From positions 2,080,001-2,144,000 of the forward strand of contig OZ252098.1 in assembly GCA_965248355.1 (NCBI GenBank): a stretch of 64,000 nt of DNA, in the 5' to 3' direction. Source of the stretch: Candidatus Latescibacterota bacterium. Lineage in GTDB: Bacteria; Latescibacterota; UBA2968; UBA8231. Positions 19,133 to 28,663 of this stretch are shown here, piece after piece (within the stretch, counting starts at the first letter, position 1; every line of letters starts with the position of its first letter). Made by a program: the position numbers and the translations under genes. The notes under the pieces were generated by a model. The model was not told the origin of the DNA, searched no databases, and worked only from the letters and a program-made list of their open reading frames with translations.

Positions 19133-20490
19133 GCACCCTCCCGCATGGAGCTGATCGCCGCCTTCAGGTTGCTCTCCGAGTCGATGAGGAACTGGGCCGA
19201 GGTGACGATCCGCTCTCCTTCGCGCAGGCCTTCGAGCACCTCGTAGAAGCCGCCGGCCTCCGCCCCGACGCGGATCTCGCGCGGCTGGAAGCGGCCTTCA
19301 CCGAGGCTGACCACGGCCACACGGCGCGGCCCCGAGTGGATCACCGCCTGCACCGGCACCGCGACCACGCTCTCGGCCGGCAGCGGCGAGTGGATGTTGA
19401 CGTTGGCGTACATCTCCGGCTTCAGCTCGAGGTTCGGGTTGGGGAAGCTCATGCGCACCTTCACGGTCCGCGTCTCCGCCTCGAGGAAGGGGTAGACGTA
19501 GGTGACCTTGCCGGTGAAGGTCCGGCCCGGCAGGTAGGAGAGCTCGACCTCGGCCTCCTGCCCCTGGCGCACCCACGGCAGCTCGTACTCGTAGATGTCG
19601 GCGTAGACCCACACCCGCGACAGCTCGGCGATGCGGTAGAGGTGCTGCCCCGGGGCGATGTGCTGGCCGTCGAAGACCGCCTTGTGCACCACCGTGCCTT
19701 CCTGGGGCGAGTGCACGGTCATGGTGCGCCGCGCCTCGCCCGTCTGGCGCAGGTCCTCGATCTGCCGGTCGCTGATGTCCCAGTAGCGCAGCCGCTGCAG
19801 CGATGCCGACAGCAAGTCGCGCGCCCCGGTCAGAGCGTCGCCCCCGGCGCCGGAGCGCAGGCGCTCGCCGTAATCGACGGCGGTGAGGAACTCCTCCTGG
19901 GCGGCCACCAGCTCGGGGCTGAAGATCTGCAGCAGGGGCTCCCCCTTCTCCACCATCTGCCCGGTGTAGTCGACGAAGAGCTGCTCCACCCAGCCGGCGA
20001 TCTTGGTATTGACGTCGGTCATGCGCGTCTCGTCGTAGGCCACGCGGCCCACGGTGCGCACCGTCCGGTGCAGGGCCCGGCGCTCCACGAGCGCCGTCCT
20101 GACACCGATGTTCTGCACCGTCGCCGGATCGATGGTCACCGTGCCCTCGGCCTGCAGCTCGTCCTCGTAGACCGGCACCAGGTCCATGCCCATGGGCGAC
20201 TTCCCCGGCTCGTGGGAGGTGTACGACGGATCCATCGGCGCCCGCCAGTAGGCGACGGCGCGCTCACCCGAGGCGCTGCCCGCCGCCGGCTGGTCGGCCA
20301 CCAGGTCCATGCCGCAGACCGGGCAGCTGCCCGGCTTGTCGGAGACCACGGCGGGGTGCATGGGGCAGCGGTAGAGGTCGGCCTGTTCGTGGGGGGCGTG
20401 CATCGATGCCCCACCGGCGCCCCCCAGCCAGAGACCGAAGCCGGTGCCGGCGGCCAGGGAGAGGATGACGGCGATCGCGTATCTCCACAT
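19129..20490 (-). CDS. cusB: CusB-type periplasmic adaptor with N-terminal metal-binding domains
   Basis: YRCPMHP...CPVCGMDL, APMDP...PGKSPMGMDLVP, SPELVAAQEEF, SAQFLIDSESNL. Confidence 0.95.
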   Translation of the reverse strand: MWRYAIAVILSLAAGTGFGLWLGGAGGASMHAPHEQADLYRCPMHPAVVSDKPGSCPVCGMDLVADQPAAGSASGERAVAYWRAPMDPSYTSHEPGKSPMGMDLVPVYEDELQAEGTVTIDPATVQNIGVRTALVERRALHRTVRTVGRVAYDETRMTDVNTKIAGWVEQLFVDYTGQMVEKGEPLLQIFSPELVAAQEEFLTAVDYGERLRSGAGGDALTGARDLLSASLQRLRYWDISDRQIEDLRQTGEARRTMTVHSPQEGTVVHKAVFDGQHIAPGQHLYRIAELSRVWVYADIYEYELPWVRQGQEAEVELSYLPGRTFTGKVTYVYPFLEAETRTVKVRMSFPNPNLELKPEMYANVNIHSPLPAESVVAVPVQAVIHSGPRRVAVVSLGEGRFQPREIRVGAEAGGFYEVLEGLREGERIVTSAQFLIDSESNLKAAISSMREGA

Positions 20491-20505
20491 GTCATTGCCT
20501 CGCTT

Positions 20506-21765
20506 TCAGAAGAGCCGTTGGCCGACGACGGACTCCAGCCGGGCCAGGCTCTTCTCGTATTGCCACAGGTGGCGGTAGTACTCGATCTCGAAGTCGAGCA
20601 GGGTCATCTGGTTGTCCAGGAGGGTGAGGAAGTCGACCTCGTCCACCTGGTAGCCGGCGATGGCCGCGGCCAGGGACTGGTCGGCCTGGGGGACGATGAC
20701 GTCCCGGAACAGGGCCATCTCCTGCAGGTGGGTCCGGGCGTCGATGTGCAGCTGCTCGATCTGCAGCGCCAGCTCGCGGCTCTCCGCCTCGATGCGGGCC
20801 TCGGCCTCCCGGACCCGTGCCCGCGCCTCGGCGATCCTGGAATCCTGCTTGCGCCCCTGGTAAAGGGGCAGGTTCAGCCTGAGGCCGGCGGAGAAGAAGT
20901 CGCTGCCCGAGACGGGATCGTCCTCGAAGCCGCGCTGGCGCCAGGCGGCGCTCACCTCGAAGTCGGGACGCCGTTCCCGGACGGCCAGCCGCTCGGCCGC
21001 CTTCCAGCGCTCCCGCCCTTCGCGCAGGCCCCGCAACAGGGGCCGCTCCCGCAGGGCCAGCTCCCGCAGCCGGTCCTCGTCGAAGGTGAAGGGGGTCTGC
21101 TCCGGGGGAGGCGTGGGACCCACCGGCTCTCCGGGCCCCCGGTTCAACAGGGCGTTCAGCCGCGCCCCCGTCCGCCGGCGGTCCCCCTCCATCTCCAGCA
21201 GGCGCCGGCGCAGGCTCGACAGCGACACCTGGGCCTTGAGCACGTCCTGCTGCGGCACCCGCCCCACGGAGTACTTCGTCTGCGCGATGCGCACGAAGTC
21301 CCGCAGGAGGTCCCGGTTCTTCTCGGCGATGGCGATCGAGCGGTCGAGGAAGCCCAGCTCGAAGCAGGTCTGCTTCACCCGATTGACGATGGTCCCCTCG
21401 CGCTCCCGGAGGGCGGCTTCGGCGGCGGCGGCGCCGTGGGCGGCGGCGGCCTCCCGGTCGGCCCGCTTCCCCGGGTAGGGCAGCTTCTGGGAGAGCGTGA
21501 CCTGACGGCCGCTCATGGGCGAGCCGTCGAGGGCGAGGGGATGGAAGGGGACGTTGCTGAGCTCCAGCTTCAGCCCCGGGTCCGGCAGGGCCCCGGCCGC
21601 CGGGACCGCGGCCCGGGCCGCCTCGGCGCCGTGTTCCAGCGCCTTCAGCGACGGGTTGGCGGCCAGGGCCTCCTCGATCAGGCGGTCGAGGTCCAGCTCG
21701 GGCGGTTCAGCGGTCGCGGCCGCGGCCAGGGACACGACCGCGGCGCAGAGGGTTCTCCGGTGCAT
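20506..21765 (-). CDS. TolC/CusC-family outer membrane efflux protein
   Basis: Signal peptide; ALAANPSL, ALPDP, SQKLPYPGK, LNLPLY, Y..G...QQDVL; lies upstream of cusB and cusA. Confidence 0.92.
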   Translation of the reverse strand: MHRRTLCAAVVSLAAAATAEPPELDLDRLIEEALAANPSLKALEHGAEAARAAVPAAGALPDPGLKLELSNVPFHPLALDGSPMSGRQVTLSQKLPYPGKRADREAAAAHGAAAAEAALREREGTIVNRVKQTCFELGFLDRSIAIAEKNRDLLRDFVRIAQTKYSVGRVPQQDVLKAQVSLSSLRRRLLEMEGDRRRTGARLNALLNRGPGEPVGPTPPPEQTPFTFDEDRLRELALRERPLLRGLREGRERWKAAERLAVRERRPDFEVSAAWRQRGFEDDPVSGSDFFSAGLRLNLPLYQGRKQDSRIAEARARVREAEARIEAESRELALQIEQLHIDARTHLQEMALFRDVIVPQADQSLAAAIAGYQVDEVDFLTLLDNQMTLLDFEIEYYRHLWQYEKSLARLESVVGQRLF

Positions 21766-21768
21766 TCT

Positions 21769-21904
21769 TCCTTCTCCTGTTTCCGGACGGGCCGGTACGC
21801 GGCACGCGCGGGCTCACGGCCCGGCCCTGGGGGGTCGGACCGGCCTGCGCGTCGCATGGTGCGGCTCTGCGTCGGCCGGAAGGCGCGACGAGAGCGGAGA
21901 AGGA
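21769..21904 (-). promoter_or_regulatory. Putative SD-sequestering mRNA stem between the leader ORF and tolC/cusC
   Basis: On the mRNA, UCCUUCUCC follows the leader UGA directly and is complementary to GGAGAAGGA 3 nt before the tolC AUG; extra UUCCGG/CCGGAA pairing. Confidence 0.7.
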
Positions 21905-22282
21905 TCAGATCAGGTAGATGCTGTGGAGGGCGTAAAGGGGGACCTTGGCGGCATGGGGCGGAGGTCCCGGCTCAACCGTTTCGCGGGCCGTGGCGCGGAG
22001 GGCCCGGCCCGACGTGCTCGCGGGGGGAATGGCGGAGGTCCCCTGGCCGGAGGGCAGCCAGGAGGGGGCGGGATCCGGGGAAGGCCGGGAGTCCTCGGCA
22101 CACGCCAGGGCGGCGCAGCAACAGGCGGCCCGCAACTGCTCGGAGTCGCCCGCCGCAGGCGCGTGGCAGCCGGAGACAGCCGCCACCAGCGCGCATGGGG
22201 AGCAGTCCGCCGCGGCGGCGACGCTGCTGGCCGGCAGTGCGGCGACGAGCACTGCCAGCGCGATGGCTCGGGCGATTCTCAT
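21905..22282 (-). CDS. Small secreted Cys-rich protein, putative metal-sensing leader peptide (CutF/HYC_CC_PP-like)
   Basis: SD GGAG plus ATG at 22282; signal peptide MRIARAIALAVLVAALPASSVAAA; CSPC, GCH, CCC..C; C-terminal PGPPPH..VPLYALHSIYLI. Confidence 0.75.
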   Translation of the reverse strand: MRIARAIALAVLVAALPASSVAAAADCSPCALVAAVSGCHAPAAGDSEQLRAACCCAALACAEDSRPSPDPAPSWLPSGQGTSAIPPASTSGRALRATARETVEPGPPPHAAKVPLYALHSIYLI

Positions 22283-22478
22283 CTCAACTCCGGTCCCGGC
22301 GAACATACCCGGAGGGCCGACGTTTCGCAACCGGGGGCGGTTCCTGCGGGGCGGGTCTGCGGTGCGCTCCCGGCCGCGTCCCCCCCGGGGTAGCACCTGG
22401 GCCTTCGAGACGGCAGGCGGCAGCGCCCGGACTCGGAATTATGGGGGTATTTGCGAATTTACTCTTCATGGATAATAT

Positions 22479-22487
22479 TGCTATAAT
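22479..22487 (+). promoter_or_regulatory. Extended -10 promoter element for the AAA ATPase gene
   Basis: TGCTATAAT in an AT-rich patch 26 nt upstream of the ATG at 22514. Confidence 0.6.
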
Positions 22488-22513
22488 CGACAAACCTTCC
22501 TACAATTCCACTC

Positions 22514-23704
22514 ATGGATCCGATCAGGAATCCCTACGCTCCCGGGGCCGGCACGCCTCCGCCCCAGTTGGCAGGCCGGGACGATCTGCGCGAGAACGTC
22601 CGTGTGGCGCTGGCCAGAATCAAGCTCGGCCGTCCGTCCAAGAGCCTTCTCATGGTCGGCCTGAGGGGAGTCGGCAAGACCGTGCTGCTCGAGAGCATGC
22701 GCGAAGAAGCGCAGGCTGTCGGTATCCGCGCCTTGTCCGTCGAGGCGCCCGAGAACCGCTCGCTCCCCGCCCTGCTCGCCCCCCAGTTGAGGCAGGCGCT
22801 GCTCCAGCTGTCGAACAATGAGAGGGCGAAGAAACTCGCTCACAGGGCGCTCAGGGGCCTGGCGGGTTTCGCCGCCGCTCTGAAGGTGAAGTACCAGGAC
22901 ATCGAGGTGGGGCTCGATCTCGAGCCGGAGCCGGGATTGGCTGACAACGGCGACCTCGAGATGGATCTACAGGCGTTGCTGGAGGCCGCCGGTCTGGCGG
23001 CCAAGGAGGCGGAGACGGCGCTGGCCCTGTTCGTCGACGAGCTCCAGTACGTCGAGGAGGAGGAGCTGGCTGCGCTGATCATCTCCCTCCACCTGACCGC
23101 CCAGCGGCGGTTGCCCGTCGTCATGGTCGGGGCCGGCCTGCCCCAGCTCCGGGCCCGCACTGGAAGGGCGAAGTCATACGCCGAGAGGTTGTTCGACTTT
23201 CCAGAGGTCGGAGCGCTCACAGCCGCGGCGGCGCGAACGGCCATCGCCAGACCGGCCGAGGATGAAGGCGTGGCCATCGACGATGACGCCCTGCAACGAA
23301 TCGTCGAGGAGACTCACGGCTACCCGTACTTCCTTCAGGAGTGGGGGAAGCACTCCTGGGATGTGGCGGAGGGGCCGCCGATCGGGATCGCCGACGTCGA
23401 GCGCGCGTCGGTCACCGCTCGCGCGGCTCTGGACGAGGGCTTCTTCCGGGTGCGGTTCGACCGCCTGACGCCGTCGGAGAAGAGGTATCTGCGGGCCATG
23501 TCCGAGCTGGGCCCGGGCCCGCATCGCTCGGGCGACATCGCCCGGGTGCTGGGTCTCAAGGTCACCTCTCTCGGGCCGGCGAGGTCCCAGCTGATCTCGA
23601 AGGGCATGATCTGGAGCCCCGGCCACGGCGACACGGCCTTCACGGTGCCCCTCTTCGACCGGTTCATGCGCCGCATCATGCCCGGCGAGGACTGGCGGCG
23701 CTGA
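22514..23704 (+). CDS. P-loop AAA (AAA_16-like) ATPase with probable C-terminal winged helix
   Basis: NPYAPGAG.PPP.LAGR, Walker A GLRGVGKT, Walker B LFVDELQ, GYPYFLQEWG, FTVPLF. Confidence 0.9.
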   Translation: MDPIRNPYAPGAGTPPPQLAGRDDLRENVRVALARIKLGRPSKSLLMVGLRGVGKTVLLESMREEAQAVGIRALSVEAPENRSLPALLAPQLRQALLQLSNNERAKKLAHRALRGLAGFAAALKVKYQDIEVGLDLEPEPGLADNGDLEMDLQALLEAAGLAAKEAETALALFVDELQYVEEEELAALIISLHLTAQRRLPVVMVGAGLPQLRARTGRAKSYAERLFDFPEVGALTAAAARTAIARPAEDEGVAIDDDALQRIVEETHGYPYFLQEWGKHSWDVAEGPPIGIADVERASVTARAALDEGFFRVRFDRLTPSEKRYLRAMSELGPGPHRSGDIARVLGLKVTSLGPARSQLISKGMIWSPGHGDTAFTVPLFDRFMRRIMPGEDWRR

Positions 23705-23738
23705 CCCCCGCGGATCAGCAACGCGGGAAGGCCTGGGC

Positions 23739-24137
23739 TCACGACCGGGACCAGTTCTCCACCCGCAGGTCCGGCACGCGCCCGAACTCCCCCTGGTCGT
23801 TCGTGACCAGGGTTGCGTCCAGGCTGCGGGCATGAGCGGCGATGAAGAGATCGTTTGCGCCTATCGGCCTGCCTCGCTGCCTGAGCGCATGGCGAATCTC
23901 ACCGTAGTGCGCCGCGGCATCGACGCCGAACGGGAGAATCGACAGATCGTGAAGAAACCCCTCCAACACCCGCCTGTTCTCCTCGACGCGCTCCGAATTG
24001 GCGACGCCGTAGCAGAGCTCCGCGCAGGTGATCGAGGAGATGCAGATCTTGGCCGCATGCTCTTCGAACCTCTCGCGCAGTGCCTCATCGCGCTGGTTGA
24101 TCACGTAGATGCAGATGTTGGTATCCAGCATGTACAT
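23739..24137 (-). CDS. vapC: VapC PIN-domain toxin
   Basis: MYMLDTNICIY, ISSITCAEL.YG, GRPIGANDLFIAAHA, LVTND..EF.RV..L.VENW. Confidence 0.96.
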   Translation of the reverse strand: MYMLDTNICIYVINQRDEALRERFEEHAAKICISSITCAELCYGVANSERVEENRRVLEGFLHDLSILPFGVDAAAHYGEIRHALRQRGRPIGANDLFIAAHARSLDATLVTNDQGEFGRVPDLRVENWSRS

Positions 24138-24376
24138 CAGCGAATGTCATCCCGCTCTTCGAGGGCGGGCTGATCCCGCGGAGGCAGGGAGCCGCGCGAG
24201 CCGGAATCGAACCAGGCGCGCCAGTTCTTGCCGCGGGGGCGCAGAGTTACCTCGTCGCCCACCTTGACGATCTCGACTTCGGAGGTCTCGAACCGGCATT
24301 GAGCCGGCAGGCGGACGGCTTGGCTGCGGCCGCTCCAGAAGACCTTGGCGATGCCTCGAAAGTCCGGTGCGTTCAT
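24137..24376 (-). CDS. vapB: VapB (AbrB/MazE-type) antitoxin
   Basis: AKVFWSGRSQAVRLPAQCRF; SD GGAG before the ATG at 24376; stop overlaps the vapC start. Confidence 0.92.
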   Translation of the reverse strand: MNAPDFRGIAKVFWSGRSQAVRLPAQCRFETSEVEIVKVGDEVTLRPRGKNWRAWFDSGSRGSLPPRDQPALEERDDIR

Positions 24377-24400
24377 TGCTTCTTCTCCGTTACAGAATCG

Positions 24401-24422
24401 GGTATATCTCACGATATATACC
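24401..24422. promoter_or_regulatory. Inverted repeat, probable vapBC autorepression operator
   Basis: GGTATAT-N8-ATATACC just upstream of vapB. Confidence 0.6.
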
Positions 24423-24448
24423 AGTGCTCCTCCCGTCAACCAGGAAGG

Positions 24449-25336
24449 CTACGTGGGATGCTCGAAGAGCCGCACCGGCCCGGGGTGGATCCGGGCGACG
24501 GTGAAGCGGGAGCCCGGCATCGCCCGGGTGTAGGCCGCGCCGGTGTCGATCATCCACAGATTGGCCATCCTCACGGCCCGCTGCCCGCGGGCGTGGCCGC
24601 AGATGACGCACGCCACCCGCCCTTCGACGGCAGGCGCTCCCTTTGCGGATCCTCGATGGAGGTAGCGCTCCATGCGGCGGCGGGACCATATGGCGTGGTA
24701 GCTGTCCTCGCGGCTCCCCTCCCGCAAGGCCGAGAGAAACTCCTCCCAGCTGCGGTCCTCCGGAACGTCGGCATGGACGATGCCGACAGGCCCCGTCTCG
24801 CAATCCACCTCCGCGGCCAAGGGCAGGGCGAAGAACGCCCGCACGTAGGCATCCCGCGCCGGCGCCGGGATCGAGTTCCACCACATCCCGCCGTTGTAGT
24901 TCACCCAGAGGTCGTACTCCTGGCCCCACTCCCCGGCGGGATCGGCGGCCGCGTCGAGCAGGAACTGATCGTGGTTGCCGCGAATGGCGTGGAACCATTC
25001 GCGTCCGGTCAGCCATTGAAGAGCTGCCTCCGATTCCGGCCCGCGGTCGATCAGGTCGCCCACCGAGAACAGCCGGTCCCTGCCAGGGTCGAAGGAGAGC
25101 TCGTGGAGGAAGCCTTCGAGGGCGGAGAACATCCCGTGGATATCCCCGACCACGAAGTCCCGGCCCCGCTCGTTGCGAGCGAAGGTCCTGACGGCGCCGT
25201 CTCCTCCCAGCGCCGCGGATACGAAGGTCGGGCGCTGGAGCACATCGATTTCCCAGATCGGCCGGCGCGGCGGACTGTTTCCTCGTTCCACGTCCCCCAT
25301 CCTGTCCACGAGGAGCACGGTGCATACCTGGACCAC
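24449..25336 (-). CDS. PphA/NinI-like Ser/Thr protein phosphatase (metallophosphoesterase); true start probably downstream
   Basis: GDIHG, SVGDLIDRGPES, RGNHD, NGGMW, VHAD, CGH, IDTGA. Confidence 0.9.
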   Translation of the reverse strand: MVQVCTVLLVDRMGDVERGNSPPRRPIWEIDVLQRPTFVSAALGGDGAVRTFARNERGRDFVVGDIHGMFSALEGFLHELSFDPGRDRLFSVGDLIDRGPESEAALQWLTGREWFHAIRGNHDQFLLDAAADPAGEWGQEYDLWVNYNGGMWWNSIPAPARDAYVRAFFALPLAAEVDCETGPVGIVHADVPEDRSWEEFLSALREGSREDSYHAIWSRRRMERYLHRGSAKGAPAVEGRVACVICGHARGQRAVRMANLWMIDTGAAYTRAMPGSRFTVARIHPGPVRLFEHPT

Positions 25337-25438
25337 GTGCGCGACTGCAACCGCCTAAGATACGGCCGCTGTTGGTATGGTTGAGCGAAGCCGTCCTGCT
25401 CTGCAACTCCCGTTGCGTCCCGTATATTCCCGCCTGGC

Positions 25439-26179
25439 ATGAATACCATCCCCGCCGCGTTGCTGCTCCTCCTCGCCCTTCCGGCCGCGGCCCGGGCTCC
25501 GGGCGAGCTGACCCCTCGAGAGATTCTCGACCGCTTCGACGACCTCTACCGCGGCGACTCCTCGCACGCGGTCATGGCCATGACGGTGGTCACCGGGCAC
25601 TGGACGCGCGAGCTGAGGCTCGAGGCCTGGAGCCAGGGCCGGGAGAAGTCGCTCTTCCGGATCCTGTCGCCGCGCAAGGAGAAGGGGACCGCCACCCTGA
25701 AGTCGGGCCGGCAGATGTGGAACTACCTGCCCAAGGTCGACCGCGTCATCAAGGTGCCGTCGTCGATGATGGCCGGCTCCTGGATGGGCAGCCACTTCAC
25801 CAACGACGACCTCGTCAAGGACAGCCGCATGGCCGACGACTACGACTTCGAGTTCGGCGAGGCGGCCGGCGACGGGGAGATCGCCATCGTCTGCCGGCCG
25901 AAGCCGGAAGCCCCGGTGGTCTGGGGAAAGGTGGTGGTCCGCGTGCGCGGCGCCGACGGGATGCCGGTGGCGGTCGAGTACTTCGACGAGGACATGGAGC
26001 CGGCCCGGACCATGAGCTTCGGCGACTACCGCGAGGTCGGGGAACGGCGGATCCCGCTCAGCATGCGCGTCGTGCCCGCGGACGAGCCGGAGGAGCACAC
26101 CGAGGTCCGCTACGAGCAGATCGAGTTCGATCGGCCCCTCGCCGAGGACCTGTTCTCGCTGCGCAGCCTGCGCGAGTAA
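25439..26179 (+). CDS. LolA-like outer membrane lipoprotein-sorting protein
   Basis: Signal peptide; SP..EKGTATLK...MWNYLPK.DR.IK..SSMM..SWMGSHFTNDDL; ends FSLRSL. Confidence 0.88.
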   Translation: MNTIPAALLLLLALPAAARAPGELTPREILDRFDDLYRGDSSHAVMAMTVVTGHWTRELRLEAWSQGREKSLFRILSPRKEKGTATLKSGRQMWNYLPKVDRVIKVPSSMMAGSWMGSHFTNDDLVKDSRMADDYDFEFGEAAGDGEIAIVCRPKPEAPVVWGKVVVRVRGADGMPVAVEYFDEDMEPARTMSFGDYREVGERRIPLSMRVVPADEPEEHTEVRYEQIEFDRPLAEDLFSLRSLRE

Positions 26180-26183
26180 TCGG

Positions 26184-27413
26184 ATGCGTTCCCTGGCCAT
26201 CGCCTGGCGCAACATCATGCGCAAGCCGCGGCGGACCGCGGTGACGGTGGCCGCCGTCGCCCTGAACACGGCCGTCCTCATCTTCACCTACGCCATGATG
26301 GACGGCATGATCGCGCAGCTCGTGCACAGCTCCCGGCACACCTACGTGGGCGACGTGCAGCTCCACGCCCCCGGGTACCGCGCCGACCGCTCGATCTACA
26401 AGAGCCTCCCCGAGCCGCAGTCGCTGCTCGACAGGGCGGCTGCGGCCGGCTTCGGGGCCGCGGCCCGCAGCTTCGGCTTCGGCCTGGCTTCATGCGGCGC
26501 CAAGTCCGCGGGGGCCAGCTACTGGGGCATCGATCCGGCGGCGGAGAGCAGCACCTTCGAGATGGCGGGCCGGCTCCGGCAGGGACGCTTCCTGTCGGCC
26601 CGGGCCCGGTCCGAGGTGGTCATCGGCCGCCGCCTCGCCCGCAGTCTGCAGGCGCAGGTCGGCTCCGAGATCGTCGCCGTGGTGCAGGCCGCGGACGGGT
26701 CTCTCGGCAACGATCTCTTCCGCGTCGCCGGCATCCTGCAGAGCGTCGGCGAGGAGATCGACCGCGGCGGCATCCTCATGCACCGGGAGGACTTCGACCG
26801 CCTCTTCGTGGCCGCCGGGCGCGTCCACGAGGTCGCCCTGCTCGGCCACGGCAGGGCCGCGGAGGAGGTGGCCGCCCTGTACGCCGGCCCGGAAGAGGAG
26901 GGGGCAGCCCTGGTGGCCGAGACCTGGCGCGAGCTGCTGCCCACCCTGGCCGACATGCTCAACGTATCCGGCGCCTCGATGGGGATCTTCTCCGTCGTCT
27001 TCCTGCTGGCCGCCGGCCTCGGCGTTCTCAACACGATGTTCATGGCCACCCACGACCGGGTGCGGGAGTTCGGCATGCTCAAGGCCCTCGGCACCCGGCC
27101 GCGGCGGATCGTCGGGGACGTCCTCGTGGAGGCGTTGGTGCTGTCGGGCGCCGCCGCCCTGATCGGGGCCGGTCTCGGCAGCGGGGTCAGCCTCTATCTG
27201 GAGGTCTCGGGCGGCCTCGATCTGACGCGCTGGCAGGGGGAGTCGCTGACCATGTCGGGGATGCCGATCTCCGCGGTCTACCAGTTCTCCCTGCATCCGG
27301 CCAGGGTCGTGACCGCCGTCGTCTCCATGTCGGCGGTCTGCGCCGCCGCGGCCCTGTTCCCCGCCCTCAAGGCCGCCCGCCTCGACCCGGTGGCGGCGAT
27401 GACCCACCAGTAG
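26184..27413 (+). CDS. ABC transporter permease (LolE/FtsX-like)
   Basis: IAWRNI.R.PRRT, TWRELLP, LNTMFMA..DRVREFGMLKALG, FPALKAARLDPV.AM. Confidence 0.92.
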   Translation: MRSLAIAWRNIMRKPRRTAVTVAAVALNTAVLIFTYAMMDGMIAQLVHSSRHTYVGDVQLHAPGYRADRSIYKSLPEPQSLLDRAAAAGFGAAARSFGFGLASCGAKSAGASYWGIDPAAESSTFEMAGRLRQGRFLSARARSEVVIGRRLARSLQAQVGSEIVAVVQAADGSLGNDLFRVAGILQSVGEEIDRGGILMHREDFDRLFVAAGRVHEVALLGHGRAAEEVAALYAGPEEEGAALVAETWRELLPTLADMLNVSGASMGIFSVVFLLAAGLGVLNTMFMATHDRVREFGMLKALGTRPRRIVGDVLVEALVLSGAAALIGAGLGSGVSLYLEVSGGLDLTRWQGESLTMSGMPISAVYQFSLHPARVVTAVVSMSAVCAAAALFPALKAARLDPVAAMTHQ

Positions 27414-27417
27414 AGGC

Positions 27418-28659
27418 ATGGACAAGCTCGCCCTGATCTTCAGGATTTCCTGGCGCAGCATCTGGCGCAACCGGCGCCGCACCTGGATCACCCTCAGCGC
27501 CATCGCCTTCGGCCTCGCCCTGGCGGTGTTCTTCATCGCCTTCGCCGATGGCGTCTACAACCAGCTCATCGACGACGCCACCCGCATGCAGGGCGGTCAC
27601 TTCACCCTCGAGCACCCGCAGTACCGGGAAGCCCCCGCGGTCGATCTCTTCGTCGGCGGCGTCTCCGGTCTGCGCGCCCGCCTCGAAGCCCTCGACGGCG
27701 TCGGCGGCACCAAGGCCCTGGTCCTCGGTCAGGGGGTCGCCAGGTCGGCCCGCGGCGCCGCCGGTGTATCGGTCATGGGGGTGGAGCCGTCGCTCGAGGC
27801 CGCGGCGTCCCCCATCGCAGCCAGCATGGCCGCCGGGTCCTACCTCGAAGAGGGGGACGGGCGCAAGGTCGTCGTCGGCACGGGGCTCGCCAAGCGGCTC
27901 GAGGTGAGGACCGGCCGGAAGCTCGTCCTCGCCACCAACGACGCCTCCGGCGAGATCGTCGAGGAGCTGTTCAGGGTCAAGGGGACCTTCGAGGTCGGCT
28001 CCGACGAAGTCGACGCCTACCTGGTGCAGATCCCGCTCGAGTTCGCGCGCCGGCTCTACGGCCTCGGCGTCGACGACGCCACCCAGGTCGGCGTCCTGCT
28101 CGCCGATGCCGGCCGCCGGCCGGCGGTGATGGCCGCGGCGCGGGAATTCGTTCCCGCCGAAGTGGCGCTGCGCACCTGGGAAGAGGTGATGCCCGACCTG
28201 GCCAACTACATCCGCGTCGACCGCGGCGGCAACCTGGTCTTCCAGGGGATCGTCGTCTTCCTCAGCCTGTTCACCATCTTCAACACCATCCTCATGTCGG
28301 TGCTGGAGCGCACCCGCGAGCTGGCCATGCAGCTCGCCCTCGGCGTCTCGGCCTCCCTGCTGCGCCTGCAGGTGGTGATCGAGTCCGCCCTGCTCGGCGC
28401 CCTCGGCAGCACCCTCGGGGTCCTGCTCGGCGGGGGCCTCGGGTACTGGATGCAGGCCGAAGGGCTCGACATCTCGCGCTTCTACGGGGATGACCTCGAC
28501 GTCTCGGGATTCGCCCTCGACACCATGGTCTACGCCGATGTCACCGTCGAGCTGCTCGTCTCCATGTGGCTGCTGGTCTTCGCCGCCACCGTGCTCCTCA
28601 GCCTGATCCCGGGACGGCAGATCTCGCGCATCGCCGTGGCCGACGTGCTGCGGGCCTGA
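27418..28659 (+). CDS. ABC transporter permease (LolE/FtsX-like)
   Basis: WRSIWRNRRRT, TWEEVMP, FNTILMSVLERTRE..QLALG. Confidence 0.92.
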   Translation: MDKLALIFRISWRSIWRNRRRTWITLSAIAFGLALAVFFIAFADGVYNQLIDDATRMQGGHFTLEHPQYREAPAVDLFVGGVSGLRARLEALDGVGGTKALVLGQGVARSARGAAGVSVMGVEPSLEAAASPIAASMAAGSYLEEGDGRKVVVGTGLAKRLEVRTGRKLVLATNDASGEIVEELFRVKGTFEVGSDEVDAYLVQIPLEFARRLYGLGVDDATQVGVLLADAGRRPAVMAAAREFVPAEVALRTWEEVMPDLANYIRVDRGGNLVFQGIVVFLSLFTIFNTILMSVLERTRELAMQLALGVSASLLRLQVVIESALLGALGSTLGVLLGGGLGYWMQAEGLDISRFYGDDLDVSGFALDTMVYADVTVELLVSMWLLVFAATVLLSLIPGRQISRIAVADVLRA

Positions 28660-28663
28660 AGCG

